A stretch of DNA of 64,000 nucleotides from an uncultured Bacteroidota bacterium (GTDB taxonomy: Bacteria; Bacteroidota; Ignavibacteria; Kryptoniales; JAKASW01): assembly GCA_963703215.1 (NCBI GenBank), contig OY969800.1, forward strand, positions 3,225,483 to 3,289,482, written 5' to 3'. The notes beneath the pieces are model-generated. The model saw nothing but the letters and a program-made list of their open reading frames with translations, ran no database searches and had not been told where the DNA came from. Made by a program: the position numbers and the translations under genes. This document shows positions 38,012-46,548 of this stretch, piece after piece. The first letter of the stretch is position 1. Each line of letters starts with the position of its first letter.

Positions 38012-41000
38012 TCAATCGGGTTCGGTTAAGACGTCATAAATGGTCTTCAGAAGTTTTTCCCCAGTAAATGGCTTACTGATGAACGCATCTATCTGCTCTG
38101 CAAAGGTTCCAGAGATTTCCTCCTGCAAACCGCTCGTCGCGATTATCTTGACATCTGTCTCCATGCGCTTGAGTGCCGATATTGCGGACTTCCCATCCAA
38201 GACTGGCATCATGTTGTCAATTAAGATGACTCTTACGTCGTCCATGTTCTTGACGAATACTGCTATCGCTTCGGCACCGTCGCCTGCAAGTACCACCTGG
38301 TACCGATATGCTTCTAGCGTGGCTCGTGCGATTTCCCTTATCGAGGATTCGTCATCGACAACCAATATCATCTCGCCATGGCCGAGATACTGATCTAGAT
38401 CTGTCTCCACAGGAGAAATGGTCTCCTCCAGTTCAGTCGCCGGCAGATAAATTTTGAAGGAAGAACCCTTATTTATTTCGCTGTAGACATTCATAAAACC
38501 GCCGTGAGCTTTTATGATCGCCAACGCCGTCGACAAACCAAGTCCCGTTCCTTTTCCGACTTCCTTGGTTGTAAAGAAGGGTTCAAAAATCTTGTCCAGC
38601 AATCCGGGCGGTATTCCTGTGCCAGTATCACTCACCGTGATCGTCACATATTTCCCGGGTTTGGCGTCGATATTCATCTTAGCAAGATCTTCGTCAAGCT
38701 CTATGTTCTCTGTGCTTACGGACAACACTCCGCCTTCGGGCATCGAGTCACGCGCGTTCACGCATAGGTTCAGGAGAACCTGATGCAACTGGGTTGCATC
38801 TCCCAGCACTGTCCACAGATCTTTCGGCGTATTGTGATCGATTCTGATAGATCTTGGGAAAGTCTCATTGGCAATATTCAAAACCTCTCTTATGACATGA
38901 CGAGGCTGAAGGACAACGCGCTCGCCACGCGCCCCTTTACCAAACATCAGCACCTGTCTGACCATGTCCGCACCTCGTTTCGCGCTTGATTCTATCGCCT
39001 GCAGAATCTTCGCACTTTGATCATCATCCAAGCGGCGTTTCAATGCTCTAACTGACATCATAATCGGAGACAAAACATTATTGAGGTCATGTGCTATTCC
39101 GCCGGCAAGAGTTCCTATGCTTTCTAATCTCTGTGCACGCATAAACTGCAACTCAAGATTTTTCCTTTGAGTTATGTCTGTACAAATCCTCATTATCGTT
39201 TTGGAGTTGCCCTCTTTGTCAGTAAGCAATTTCCATCTGCAATCAAGAATCAGCTCCTTCCCTTCGCGATCCGACACGGTCATTTCGCCAGCCCATTCAC
39301 CGTCAATCATGGTACGGTTACGCGCCTCAACATCATTTGCTGAAATCTTATCATTCGTAATCGATTTCAATTTCTTGCCAATAACTTCATCGCTTTTCCA
39401 GCCGAAAATTTTTGTCGCTCCTTCGTTCCAGTAAGTAATAATTCCTTCGACTGTCTCCAGAGTGATTGCATCCTGGGACTTATTGAGGAGGGTGGCCTGT
39501 TCTCGAATTTTTTCATCCGATTGTTTGCGCTCTATCGCTGTCGCGATCTGCCCGGAAAAGAGCGACAACAGGTTCTTCTCTGAATCACCAAATCTCGTCG
39601 TCTTGGAAAAATTCTGAATGCCTAGAACTCCTATCGTACCTGAAGCAGTTTTTAGTGGAACACCGAGCCAGTCGATTGGCATCTTGCGCTTTCCTCCTTC
39701 GTTATCAACGATCTCCTTCACATTACTTTCATTCACTGTCAGGATGGAAGGGCTTCCGCTTAAGGCAACTTGCTCGTTAAACGCATCCAGTCCTGGTTGT
39801 TTTTCTGCGTTGATAAACGCTTCATTTTCATAGTATGGATAAATGAGACCGCTGCTTGCATTGTCACGCAAGGCAATATAGAAGTTCTGCGTAGGAATCA
39901 ACTGGCCAATGACTTCATGTATCGCTTTACAGAACTCGTTCAAATTTTCAGTCACCCGAGTAATTTCCGCAAGTCTATAGAGAGCCGCCTGCAGCATCTC
40001 CGATCGGCGTCGCTCTGTCACATCTCTTCCAACTCCGACGAACCCCACTATCTGTCCGGTTTCAACGACGACCGTCAAAGATAAATTCATGGGAACGGTC
40101 TTGCCACTTTTGGAAACAAAGTCAATATCAACGACAGCTTCATCTTCCTTGCCTTCCATGGCTTTCTCCCGGTAGGTGCGGATGATCTCACCTTGCTCAG
40201 TGAGTTCGACGAGGTTTTTCCCGATAAGCTCATTTTCTTGATAATCTAGAACTGATAATGCACCGCCGCGAACAAACTGGATGTTAAGCTCATCATCGGT
40301 ACGGAAAAGGACATCGCTCATAAATGTGAGTGCAGATTTCATCGCATCGTACAAAGTATTGACAAGGACTTTATGGCGGAAAACAAAATAAAGAGCTATA
40401 ACCAGCGACAATAGTGAAGTAAAAATATATAGCTCCATGTTCTTCGGGAAGAAGGCATTGAAAATCGATTCAGTGAATGGTCCCGGCAGAAAAAAAAGCA
40501 AGAACGCAAAACCCGCAACAAGGAGATTTGACTTCATCCCCTTATCGTTAAATCCCTTCAAGAAAGTAAATAGTATTGCTATGCCGATGCTGAACACGAC
40601 CGACATCCATGTGACCAGGAAGACATATCCTATCGGTGTCATACCCATGCCCGGGACAATTGGCTTCGGAAGTAAGCCGACCAACTCCAAAGTGTAGCTG
40701 AAGATTCCCGCAAAATAGATGAGTATCACAGTGACCGGAGACTGCAGGAGCTCTTCGCGGCGTACCATGATTATCATAAAATGAAGAAAGAAAAACGGAA
40801 ACAGCGCAAAAAGGAAAGCTCCCAATGCGCTTATGATTGCATTCCCGGTTCGTTCTGCCACGACAGTAGCTAAGAAACCACTTCCCATAAAGGCAACCAA
40901 GCAGCTCACAAGAAAGAGATAGAATTTTACGATTAGGCTTTTGGTGGCTTTGAAGTAAATTATGATTGCCAGAGTCAGGTTGGTTGCGGCATAAGCAATC

Positions 41001-41020
41001 GAAACGTATTTGTACAACAT
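38012..41020 (-). CDS. hybrid sensor histidine kinase/response regulator (7-TM N-terminus, PAS-GAF-PAS, HisKA-HATPase, REC)
   Basis: 1002 aa. About 7 N-terminal TM helices. H-box GGIAHDLNNVLSPI. N/G boxes (NLCVNARDSM, DTGTGIP, GTGLGLS). C-terminal receiver (ILVVDDE...LIDNMMPVLDG). Confidence 0.9.
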   Translation of the reverse strand: MLYKYVSIAYAATNLTLAIIIYFKATKSLIVKFYLFLVSCLVAFMGSGFLATVVAERTGNAIISALGAFLFALFPFFFLHFMIIMVRREELLQSPVTVILIYFAGIFSYTLELVGLLPKPIVPGMGMTPIGYVFLVTWMSVVFSIGIAILFTFLKGFNDKGMKSNLLVAGFAFLLFFLPGPFTESIFNAFFPKNMELYIFTSLLSLVIALYFVFRHKVLVNTLYDAMKSALTFMSDVLFRTDDELNIQFVRGGALSVLDYQENELIGKNLVELTEQGEIIRTYREKAMEGKEDEAVVDIDFVSKSGKTVPMNLSLTVVVETGQIVGFVGVGRDVTERRRSEMLQAALYRLAEITRVTENLNEFCKAIHEVIGQLIPTQNFYIALRDNASSGLIYPYYENEAFINAEKQPGLDAFNEQVALSGSPSILTVNESNVKEIVDNEGGKRKMPIDWLGVPLKTASGTIGVLGIQNFSKTTRFGDSEKNLLSLFSGQIATAIERKQSDEKIREQATLLNKSQDAITLETVEGIITYWNEGATKIFGWKSDEVIGKKLKSITNDKISANDVEARNRTMIDGEWAGEMTVSDREGKELILDCRWKLLTDKEGNSKTIMRICTDITQRKNLELQFMRAQRLESIGTLAGGIAHDLNNVLSPIMMSVRALKRRLDDDQSAKILQAIESSAKRGADMVRQVLMFGKGARGERVVLQPRHVIREVLNIANETFPRSIRIDHNTPKDLWTVLGDATQLHQVLLNLCVNARDSMPEGGVLSVSTENIELDEDLAKMNIDAKPGKYVTITVSDTGTGIPPGLLDKIFEPFFTTKEVGKGTGLGLSTALAIIKAHGGFMNVYSEINKGSSFKIYLPATELEETISPVETDLDQYLGHGEMILVVDDESSIREIARATLEAYRYQVVLAGDGAEAIAVFVKNMDDVRVILIDNMMPVLDGKSAISALKRMETDVKIIATSGLQEEISGTFAEQIDAFISKPFTGEKLLKTIYDVLTEPD

Positions 41021-41383
41021 CTTACTGCCTCCTCGAACTAATATTCAAGTTTATCGCTCCGCAATCTCCAATCAGTGTTCGATAAAATTACTTCTGACAT
41101 TGACGCCTCTTTCTTCGCATCTCTTGCTGCTCTCTCTTTGAATAATCCTGAGAATTTGATCATCTCCAAGCGGAGAAATTTAAAGGCAACTGCATCGTAG
41201 CTCAACGGTAAATCATATATAAGTTATCATTAAACGGTGAAAAATACTACTCACCGCGGGCAAACTGGAATGACATTTCCTGAAGATATGTATCAAACTT
41301 AGCATAAACCCGCTCCCGGCTAATCGACAACTTTTAGAATTTTGACTTTGTAATGTGAACTTCGGGAAATTATCTTACGAATC

Positions 41384-41965
41384 ATGGACAGTTTCAACCT
41401 ATTAGAGCTTAAGGGAAGACGGATCATCCTCCATCCAGTGCGAATGGAAGACGCCAATGAGTTATTCAGAATCATTAACGAATCTCGCGAGCATCTTGCA
41501 AAGTGGCTCCCCTGGGTAGACTTCGTTCGGAGCGTTGACGACGAAAGGCACATCGTGGAACAATGGCTTTACGAGATGCAGATGAGAACTGCCGTGCATT
41601 TTTGCATAAACATCGACGATGGAATTGCCGGACTGGCCAGCACACATCAAATAGACTGGATGAACCAGAAAACAGGCATCGGGTATTGGGTAAGAAGAGA
41701 CATGGCGAACAAGAGCATAGCCTCAGAGGCTACGGCGGTGTTAATGAAATATCTATTCGAGAAGCTGAAGATTCACCGTATATATATTCAGGCAGCAACG
41801 GGAAATGCAGCAAGCAATCGGGTAATTCAGAAGCTTGGTTATAAGCTTGAAGGAGTTCTGAGAGACAACGAGCGCATTGGAGACCAATTCGTCGACCACA
41901 ATATCTATGGAATGACGAACGAGGACTTCATGAAAATCGTACCAAATCTTTTGCAATATTTTTGA
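41384..41965 (+). CDS. GNAT family N-acetyltransferase (RimJ/RimL-like)
   Basis: 193 aa. GIGYWVRRDMANKSIASEA...IHRIYIQAATGNAASNRVIQKLGYKLEGVLR is typical of the RimJ/RimL subgroup. Confidence 0.8.
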   Translation: MDSFNLLELKGRRIILHPVRMEDANELFRIINESREHLAKWLPWVDFVRSVDDERHIVEQWLYEMQMRTAVHFCINIDDGIAGLASTHQIDWMNQKTGIGYWVRRDMANKSIASEATAVLMKYLFEKLKIHRIYIQAATGNAASNRVIQKLGYKLEGVLRDNERIGDQFVDHNIYGMTNEDFMKIVPNLLQYF

Positions 41966-42090
41966 TTAATATGGAAAATGACACCATGGAGCAGAAAAGG
42001 ACATGACAATTGCTACGGATGAAAATTTGCTGAAAATGTTTTCTCTCTCAGCTGAATTTAATTCTCTAACGATGTTCTCGGGGAATTCTT

Positions 42091-42702
42091 ATGACTGAAT
42101 TACTTATCGATCACGTTGTTAATTGGATTGGAATCTCTGGTTACGCAGGGCTTGTCGTTCTCATGGCGTTGGAAAGCATGGTGGCACCATTGCCGAGCGA
42201 AGCGGTTATGCCATTTGCGGGCTTTCTCATATTCGAAGGCAGGTTTTCTTTCCACGAAGTTATTATCTTCAGCACCATGGGAAGCATCATCGGATCGGTT
42301 ATATCATACTACGCCGGACTCTACGGCGGGAGACCATTTGTGAACGGTTTCGGAAAGTATTTGCTTTTGGACACGCGGGATTTAGAATTCACCGAAAGAT
42401 TTTTCGGCAAGTATGGTGACAAGACGATTTTCTTCAGCAGATTCATTCCGGTTGTCAGACATTTGATCTCTATTCCTGCCGGCATAGGCGAAATGAAACT
42501 AGGTAAGTTTATAATCTACACGGCAATCGGTGCTGGACTCTGGAACTCATTGCTAGCATATGCAGGTTTCCGGTTAAAAAGTCAGTGGGAATCGATAAGA
42601 CATTATACTCAAACGATGGATATCGTGGTCGTCATGCTTTTGATTCTCGGCTTAGGTTATTTTGTTTATCGACATCTCAAACGGTCGAGGATGGAGAAAT
42701 AA
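42091..42702 (+). CDS. DedA family membrane protein
   Basis: 203 aa. LESMVAPLPSEAVMPFAG and FFSRFIPVVRHLISIPAG are DedA/SNARE-associated signatures. Confidence 0.85.
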   Translation: MTELLIDHVVNWIGISGYAGLVVLMALESMVAPLPSEAVMPFAGFLIFEGRFSFHEVIIFSTMGSIIGSVISYYAGLYGGRPFVNGFGKYLLLDTRDLEFTERFFGKYGDKTIFFSRFIPVVRHLISIPAGIGEMKLGKFIIYTAIGAGLWNSLLAYAGFRLKSQWESIRHYTQTMDIVVVMLLILGLGYFVYRHLKRSRMEK

Positions 42703-42705
42703 CTC

Positions 42706-43419
42706 ATGACGGATGAATCGACTTCCCTGACGAGGGCTTTGTCAAAGCTAGGATTTTCTTCGAGGTCAAGGGCAGCTCTCTACATTAAAAGCGGACACGT
42801 TTCCTTGAATGGAAAGATGGTCGACAATCCATCGGTGCGCGTACATCCGGACAAAGACGTAATTGAAATTGACGGCAAGCGACTGACCAAGCCGACAACT
42901 GTGGTCATAATGCTCCACAAACCTCGCGGCTTCGTCGCCACATCAAGCGACGAGCTGTTGAGGAAAACTGTCTTTGATTTGCTTCCGAAAGATCAACACC
43001 TATTTGCTGTTGGGAGACTCGATTTAGATACTACCGGACTTCTCCTCTTTACAAATGATGGTACACTTCAGGACAAAATAATTTCACCCGATAATGGGGT
43101 CGCGAAAACATATCTCGTCACCGTTAGAGGTAAAATAACCGGAGATCAGACCAGGAAGCTTCTGAAGGGAGTGGAAATTAAAGATGGCATTATCTGCAAA
43201 GCTGACGAGTGCGAAATCATCCGGACTGAGCCAACCACGACCCATTTGAAGGTCAAGATCCATGAAGGAAAAAATAGAGAGATCAGGCGTATGTTTGAAG
43301 GAATCGGGAAGAAAGTTTTATCGTTGCACCGAACTTCGATCGGCAAATTGGAATTAGATATTCCCGAAGGCAGCTGGCGAAAATTGTCCGACGATGAAAT
43401 AAAGCTGATATTCAACTAA
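42706..43419 (+). CDS. pseudouridine synthase, RsuA/RluB family, with S4 domain
   Basis: 237 aa. S4-like N-terminus (LSKLGFSSRSRAALYIKSGHVSLNG) and catalytic motif GRLDLDTTGLLLFTNDG. Confidence 0.85.
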   Translation: MTDESTSLTRALSKLGFSSRSRAALYIKSGHVSLNGKMVDNPSVRVHPDKDVIEIDGKRLTKPTTVVIMLHKPRGFVATSSDELLRKTVFDLLPKDQHLFAVGRLDLDTTGLLLFTNDGTLQDKIISPDNGVAKTYLVTVRGKITGDQTRKLLKGVEIKDGIICKADECEIIRTEPTTTHLKVKIHEGKNREIRRMFEGIGKKVLSLHRTSIGKLELDIPEGSWRKLSDDEIKLIFN

Positions 43420-43901
43420 TGCCAAAAATAAATTTCAAAATCGTCGAAGTAGTAGTTTTTAGACTGAGAGAGAGCCCGGAGTTCCTTGTACTAAAACGGT
43501 CTAAGGACGAAACAATTTATCCCCGACTGTGGCAAATTATCAGCGGCGGAATCGAACGCAGCGAGAAAGCGTACCAAGCCGCGCTGCGCGAAGTTAAAGA
43601 GGAGATCGGGATCAAGCCGAAACATTTTTATAATACGCCGCTCACAAACACTTTCTATTTTTACACAAGTGATTCGGTGAACGTCAGTCCAGTCTTTGCA
43701 GCTGAAGTGGACGCTGACACAGAAATAAAATTATCAGGCGAACACAAAGAATTTCGGTGGCTTGAGAAAGATGATGCAATTGCTCTCCTCGTGTGGCCCG
43801 GACAAAAAGATGCAATCAGGATTGTAAATGACTATATCTTGAACGACAATCCTTCCCGGAAGTTCATGGAGATAAAAACCAAGTTATCTTCTGGACAGTG
43901 A
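43419..43901 (+). CDS. NUDIX hydrolase
   Basis: 160 aa. Complete Nudix box GGIERSEKAYQAALREVKEEIGI (Gx5Ex7REx2EExG). Start overlaps the preceding stop (TAATG). Confidence 0.85.
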   Translation: MPKINFKIVEVVVFRLRESPEFLVLKRSKDETIYPRLWQIISGGIERSEKAYQAALREVKEEIGIKPKHFYNTPLTNTFYFYTSDSVNVSPVFAAEVDADTEIKLSGEHKEFRWLEKDDAIALLVWPGQKDAIRIVNDYILNDNPSRKFMEIKTKLSSGQ

Positions 43902-43910
43902 AAAATTGTC

Positions 43911-44807
43911 GTGATGAGGAATCTGAGGATTGAAATGAGAGACAAAAAATCCGAAAGCGACCGGTTCAAACAGGCTCGCCAGATTGAAATGCTGTCGCTC
44001 GTCGAGAAGAATGCAAATTCCTATTCCGTCGCCGATCTATGTGACATCTTCCATGTTGAAGTAGCAACCGTACATCGCGACCTCCGGGATCTTCGCGAAG
44101 CAGGACACGACATCCACAGCGCCAAGAACAAGCTCATCCTACTCAAGAATCTAACCGAGAAAGATTACCGATTTCTCCTCTCCAATTATCTCACGTCGGC
44201 AAGCGGGATAATAAGTTTCCCGAAGAATATTTCTTTGACGGTTAAACAGCTCAAGGGAAAAACTCTCGAGGTATTTACAGGGCTGGTTGGTGCTATAGGA
44301 GCAAGAGAGAAAATCGAAATCGATTACATGAGGCATCAGGATTCTCGGCTGCACAAATATGTCCTGGAACCCTACGACATTATTCCCGGCAACCGTGACT
44401 GGCGACTCATCGCCGTCTCTGATGGAATTTTCAAACAGTTCATCATCGGAGCCGTAAAAGAAATCAAACGGACTGGCACCTCCTTCAAACGTACGACTGA
44501 ATATTCGGCAGACGAATACTACTCGGGAAGCTTCGGTTTCTTCAGCGGGAAGAATGTGTTCGAAGTAGTTCTCGAATTTAAGAAGAATGTAGGCGACGTT
44601 GTTTCCAACAGGACATGGAGCGAAGACCAGGAAGTCACTCGCGACGATGACGGGACAGTCACGTTGAAGATGAAAGTAAATTCGATAGAAGAAGTCGGGA
44701 GCTGGGTGTTATCATGGGGCGGCGAAGTGAGAATAGTTGAACCCGTCCAGCTGAAAGAATACGTGATAGAAAAAGCAAGAGGGATTCTGAAGAGCAACCG
44801 GCGATAA
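43911..44807 (+). CDS. WYL domain-containing transcriptional regulator (HTH-WYL-WCX architecture)
   Basis: 298 aa. N-terminal wHTH (YSVADLCDIFHVEVATVHRDLRDLREAGHDI). Central WYL-type domain (IEIDYMRH...YVLEPYDIIPGNRDWRLIAV...FIIGAVKEIK). C-terminal extension (SWVLSWGGEVRIVEPVQLKEYV). Confidence 0.8.
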   Translation: MMRNLRIEMRDKKSESDRFKQARQIEMLSLVEKNANSYSVADLCDIFHVEVATVHRDLRDLREAGHDIHSAKNKLILLKNLTEKDYRFLLSNYLTSASGIISFPKNISLTVKQLKGKTLEVFTGLVGAIGAREKIEIDYMRHQDSRLHKYVLEPYDIIPGNRDWRLIAVSDGIFKQFIIGAVKEIKRTGTSFKRTTEYSADEYYSGSFGFFSGKNVFEVVLEFKKNVGDVVSNRTWSEDQEVTRDDDGTVTLKMKVNSIEEVGSWVLSWGGEVRIVEPVQLKEYVIEKARGILKSNRR

Positions 44808-44837
44808 AGTGTCCACAAGAAATTGCACGGTGTCAAT

Positions 44838-44907
44838 CCTGCGAAAGCGGGAATTCATAATCTCTCAGAATCCGCCGCACTGGATTCCCGATGCCGCCTT
44901 GCGGCAT
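44838..44907. repeat. GC-rich hairpins (REP-like) downstream of the WYL gene
   Basis: cctgc-gaaa-gcggg (44838-44851) and atgccgc-ctt-gcggcat (44891-44907), each flanked by GGAATTC/GGATTCCCGA-type sequence. Confidence 0.35.
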
Positions 44908-44980
44908 GCCGCATACTTGTATACAAATAATTGAGCGGCGTAGGAACATTCGGGAATAACATTGTTCTCATTTCGCATGG

Positions 44981-44992
44981 CACCAATTGGTG
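44981..44992. promoter_or_regulatory. perfect 12-bp palindrome CACCAATTGGTG (candidate operator)
   Basis: Perfect dyad about 140 nt upstream of the ATG at 45134, in the intergenic region after the WYL regulator. A second 8-bp palindrome, TGTATACA, lies at 44918-44925. Confidence 0.25.
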
Positions 44993-45133
44993 ATCCGGAA
45001 CCTTGGCGTGTCTCCACAGTCTTAAAATTAAGAAGATAACACCTCAGTCAGGGAAAGAAATATTATCACTCAATGATACGATTTCCCCACCTATCATGCC
45101 TTATATATCCTGCGCAAAAAGGAGAACATACAA

Positions 45134-45526
45134 ATGGCAGGATATTACGGAATCATTCAAAGCGTCGTCAAACGAGGGTATGACGCATTCCAGTTAACCT
45201 TCAGAGTAAACCAGGTCCAAGACACACACGAAGTAAATTCCACAGTCCAGGATAAATTCCACGGCGAAACGTATGTTTACCGGGTGGACGTGGCTGTCGA
45301 AAAAGATCGGCTCATCCTTTTCCCCGACCGTGAATTGGCCCAATGCTTGACGCTGTATCGCAATTCATCCGATAGATCGTCGGACACAGACTGGAAGAAG
45401 TGGCACGATGTTGGCCAGGCAGCCGACCGCCTGTGCCGTCATGTGAGCTCCCTCCTGTTCGAAAAGGACAACCATGCCAGCAAAGCTTTCCCGTCTCAAA
45501 TGGATTTTCATTTCAAGATGAATTGA
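45134..45526 (+). CDS. hypothetical small protein (paralog 1 of a tandem pair)
   Basis: 130 aa. GGAG RBS (aaaaggagaacatacaaATG). The N-terminus YYGIIQSVVKRGYDAFQLTFR and later LAQCLTLYRN / DWKKW align with the next ORF. Confidence 0.7.
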   Translation: MAGYYGIIQSVVKRGYDAFQLTFRVNQVQDTHEVNSTVQDKFHGETYVYRVDVAVEKDRLILFPDRELAQCLTLYRNSSDRSSDTDWKKWHDVGQAADRLCRHVSSLLFEKDNHASKAFPSQMDFHFKMN

Positions 45527-45538
45527 AGGAGTAACAAA

Positions 45539-45892
45539 ATGGAAAACTATCAGGGTATCGTTCAGAATATCGTTATGATTGGAGATGGCGAGTACCGCGT
45601 CACATTCCGCGCGTATAATGGACACGATCTCGAAACCCGCTTCTGGGAAAATGAAGATGTGCCATTCACACTTTATTCGATGATCGCCCGACGAGAAGAG
45701 AACGACTACTCTCTAATCGCGGAAGGGACGCTCAGTGATTGCATCAATGTCCTCCGCGAAAACGAATCGGTCGAAACAGTCGGTACGGATGAGATTGACA
45801 AATGGAAGATCGGAGCTTTGGCAACCAATATCGCTTCTTCGCTCGCAGACAGCGGCATGTTCACTCCGTGCGAAGTTGACGAGGAAGCCTGA
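45539..45892 (+). CDS. hypothetical small protein (paralog 2 of a tandem pair)
   Basis: 117 aa. GGAG RBS (gaaggagtaacaaaATG). NYQGIVQNIVMIGDGEYRVTFR, LSDCINVLREN and DKWK align with paralog 1. Confidence 0.7.
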   Translation: MENYQGIVQNIVMIGDGEYRVTFRAYNGHDLETRFWENEDVPFTLYSMIARREENDYSLIAEGTLSDCINVLRENESVETVGTDEIDKWKIGALATNIASSLADSGMFTPCEVDEEA

Positions 45893-45904
45893 TGTTTCGC
45901 TGCG

Positions 45905-45994
45905 GGAATCCACGATTTGAAGCTCCTGGATAAGCACGGCATCGTCCGCTAGATTACTTTCAAGCGTCGGAACGATTTCTTCAAGTGCAGCCAT
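45905..45994 (-). pseudogene. truncated duplicate of the small ORF at 48133-48303
   Basis: MAALEEIVPTLESNLADDAVLIQEL matches (R)EEIVPMLESILADEAVFMSKL of the ORF upstream of the J-like gene. About three quarters of ~64 nt are identical by manual alignment. The rest of track ORF 45713-45994 is antisense to the paralog-2 gene. Confidence 0.5.
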
Positions 45995-46083
45995 GATTTA
46001 TACTTCTCCATGGTTTGTGAATAAACTTGTCACCGCTTGGATGTACCGTCACGAATTACCTCCTGACTGCCAGACTGTTGATC

Positions 46084-46128
46084 GTCGGGAAGGAACTCCC
46101 GACACCCCGCCACCGCTCGGGGTCGGGA
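46084..46128. repeat. REP-like hairpin cluster (GTCGGGA-N6-TCCCGAC, ACCCCG-N8-CGGGGT, then CGGGA)
   Basis: Two adjacent perfect hairpins. The trailing CGGGGTCGGGA can instead pair with TCCCGACACCCCG, so mutually exclusive folds are possible. Confidence 0.45.
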
Positions 46129-46548
46129 CGAAAGTGCCATTTCCAGATACCTAAAATACCAACGGTCGGCACCGAAGATCTTTATGGTAATTATTACTTA
46201 CTGAACTGGGTATTGTTCATCATAAGTTCTTATCCTGAAACGATCTCTGCTGAAAACACTGGAAATTCAAATGAGCCGACTTGGCATACATATTGAGCTT
46301 ATTCGTGAATGTGAAAACAATACCAATTCATTCTCAAGAACCTGAGCTTCCAAAAGCTTGGGCAAATTATTTGTCGAATGATGGGTATACCGTGCTCACC
46401 TCCTCTGATGTGCTAGAGTCAGCTGGGATTCCTCCGACGCAATTAGAGCTGCTTGTAGCCGCGGATTCGTTCGTGAGCCGGGATTACCGATTTCTTTCAG
46501 CAAATTAAAAGGAGTGGTTAACACTCCGCAAACTACGGGAGGCAACAA

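Noticed and set aside
46281-46508. 75-aa + strand ORF between the hairpin cluster and the binding-protein-like gene
   Set aside because: It depends on a TTG start without a Shine-Dalgarno sequence, and I recognise no family similarity. It might be a remnant of something, but I cannot support it as a gene.
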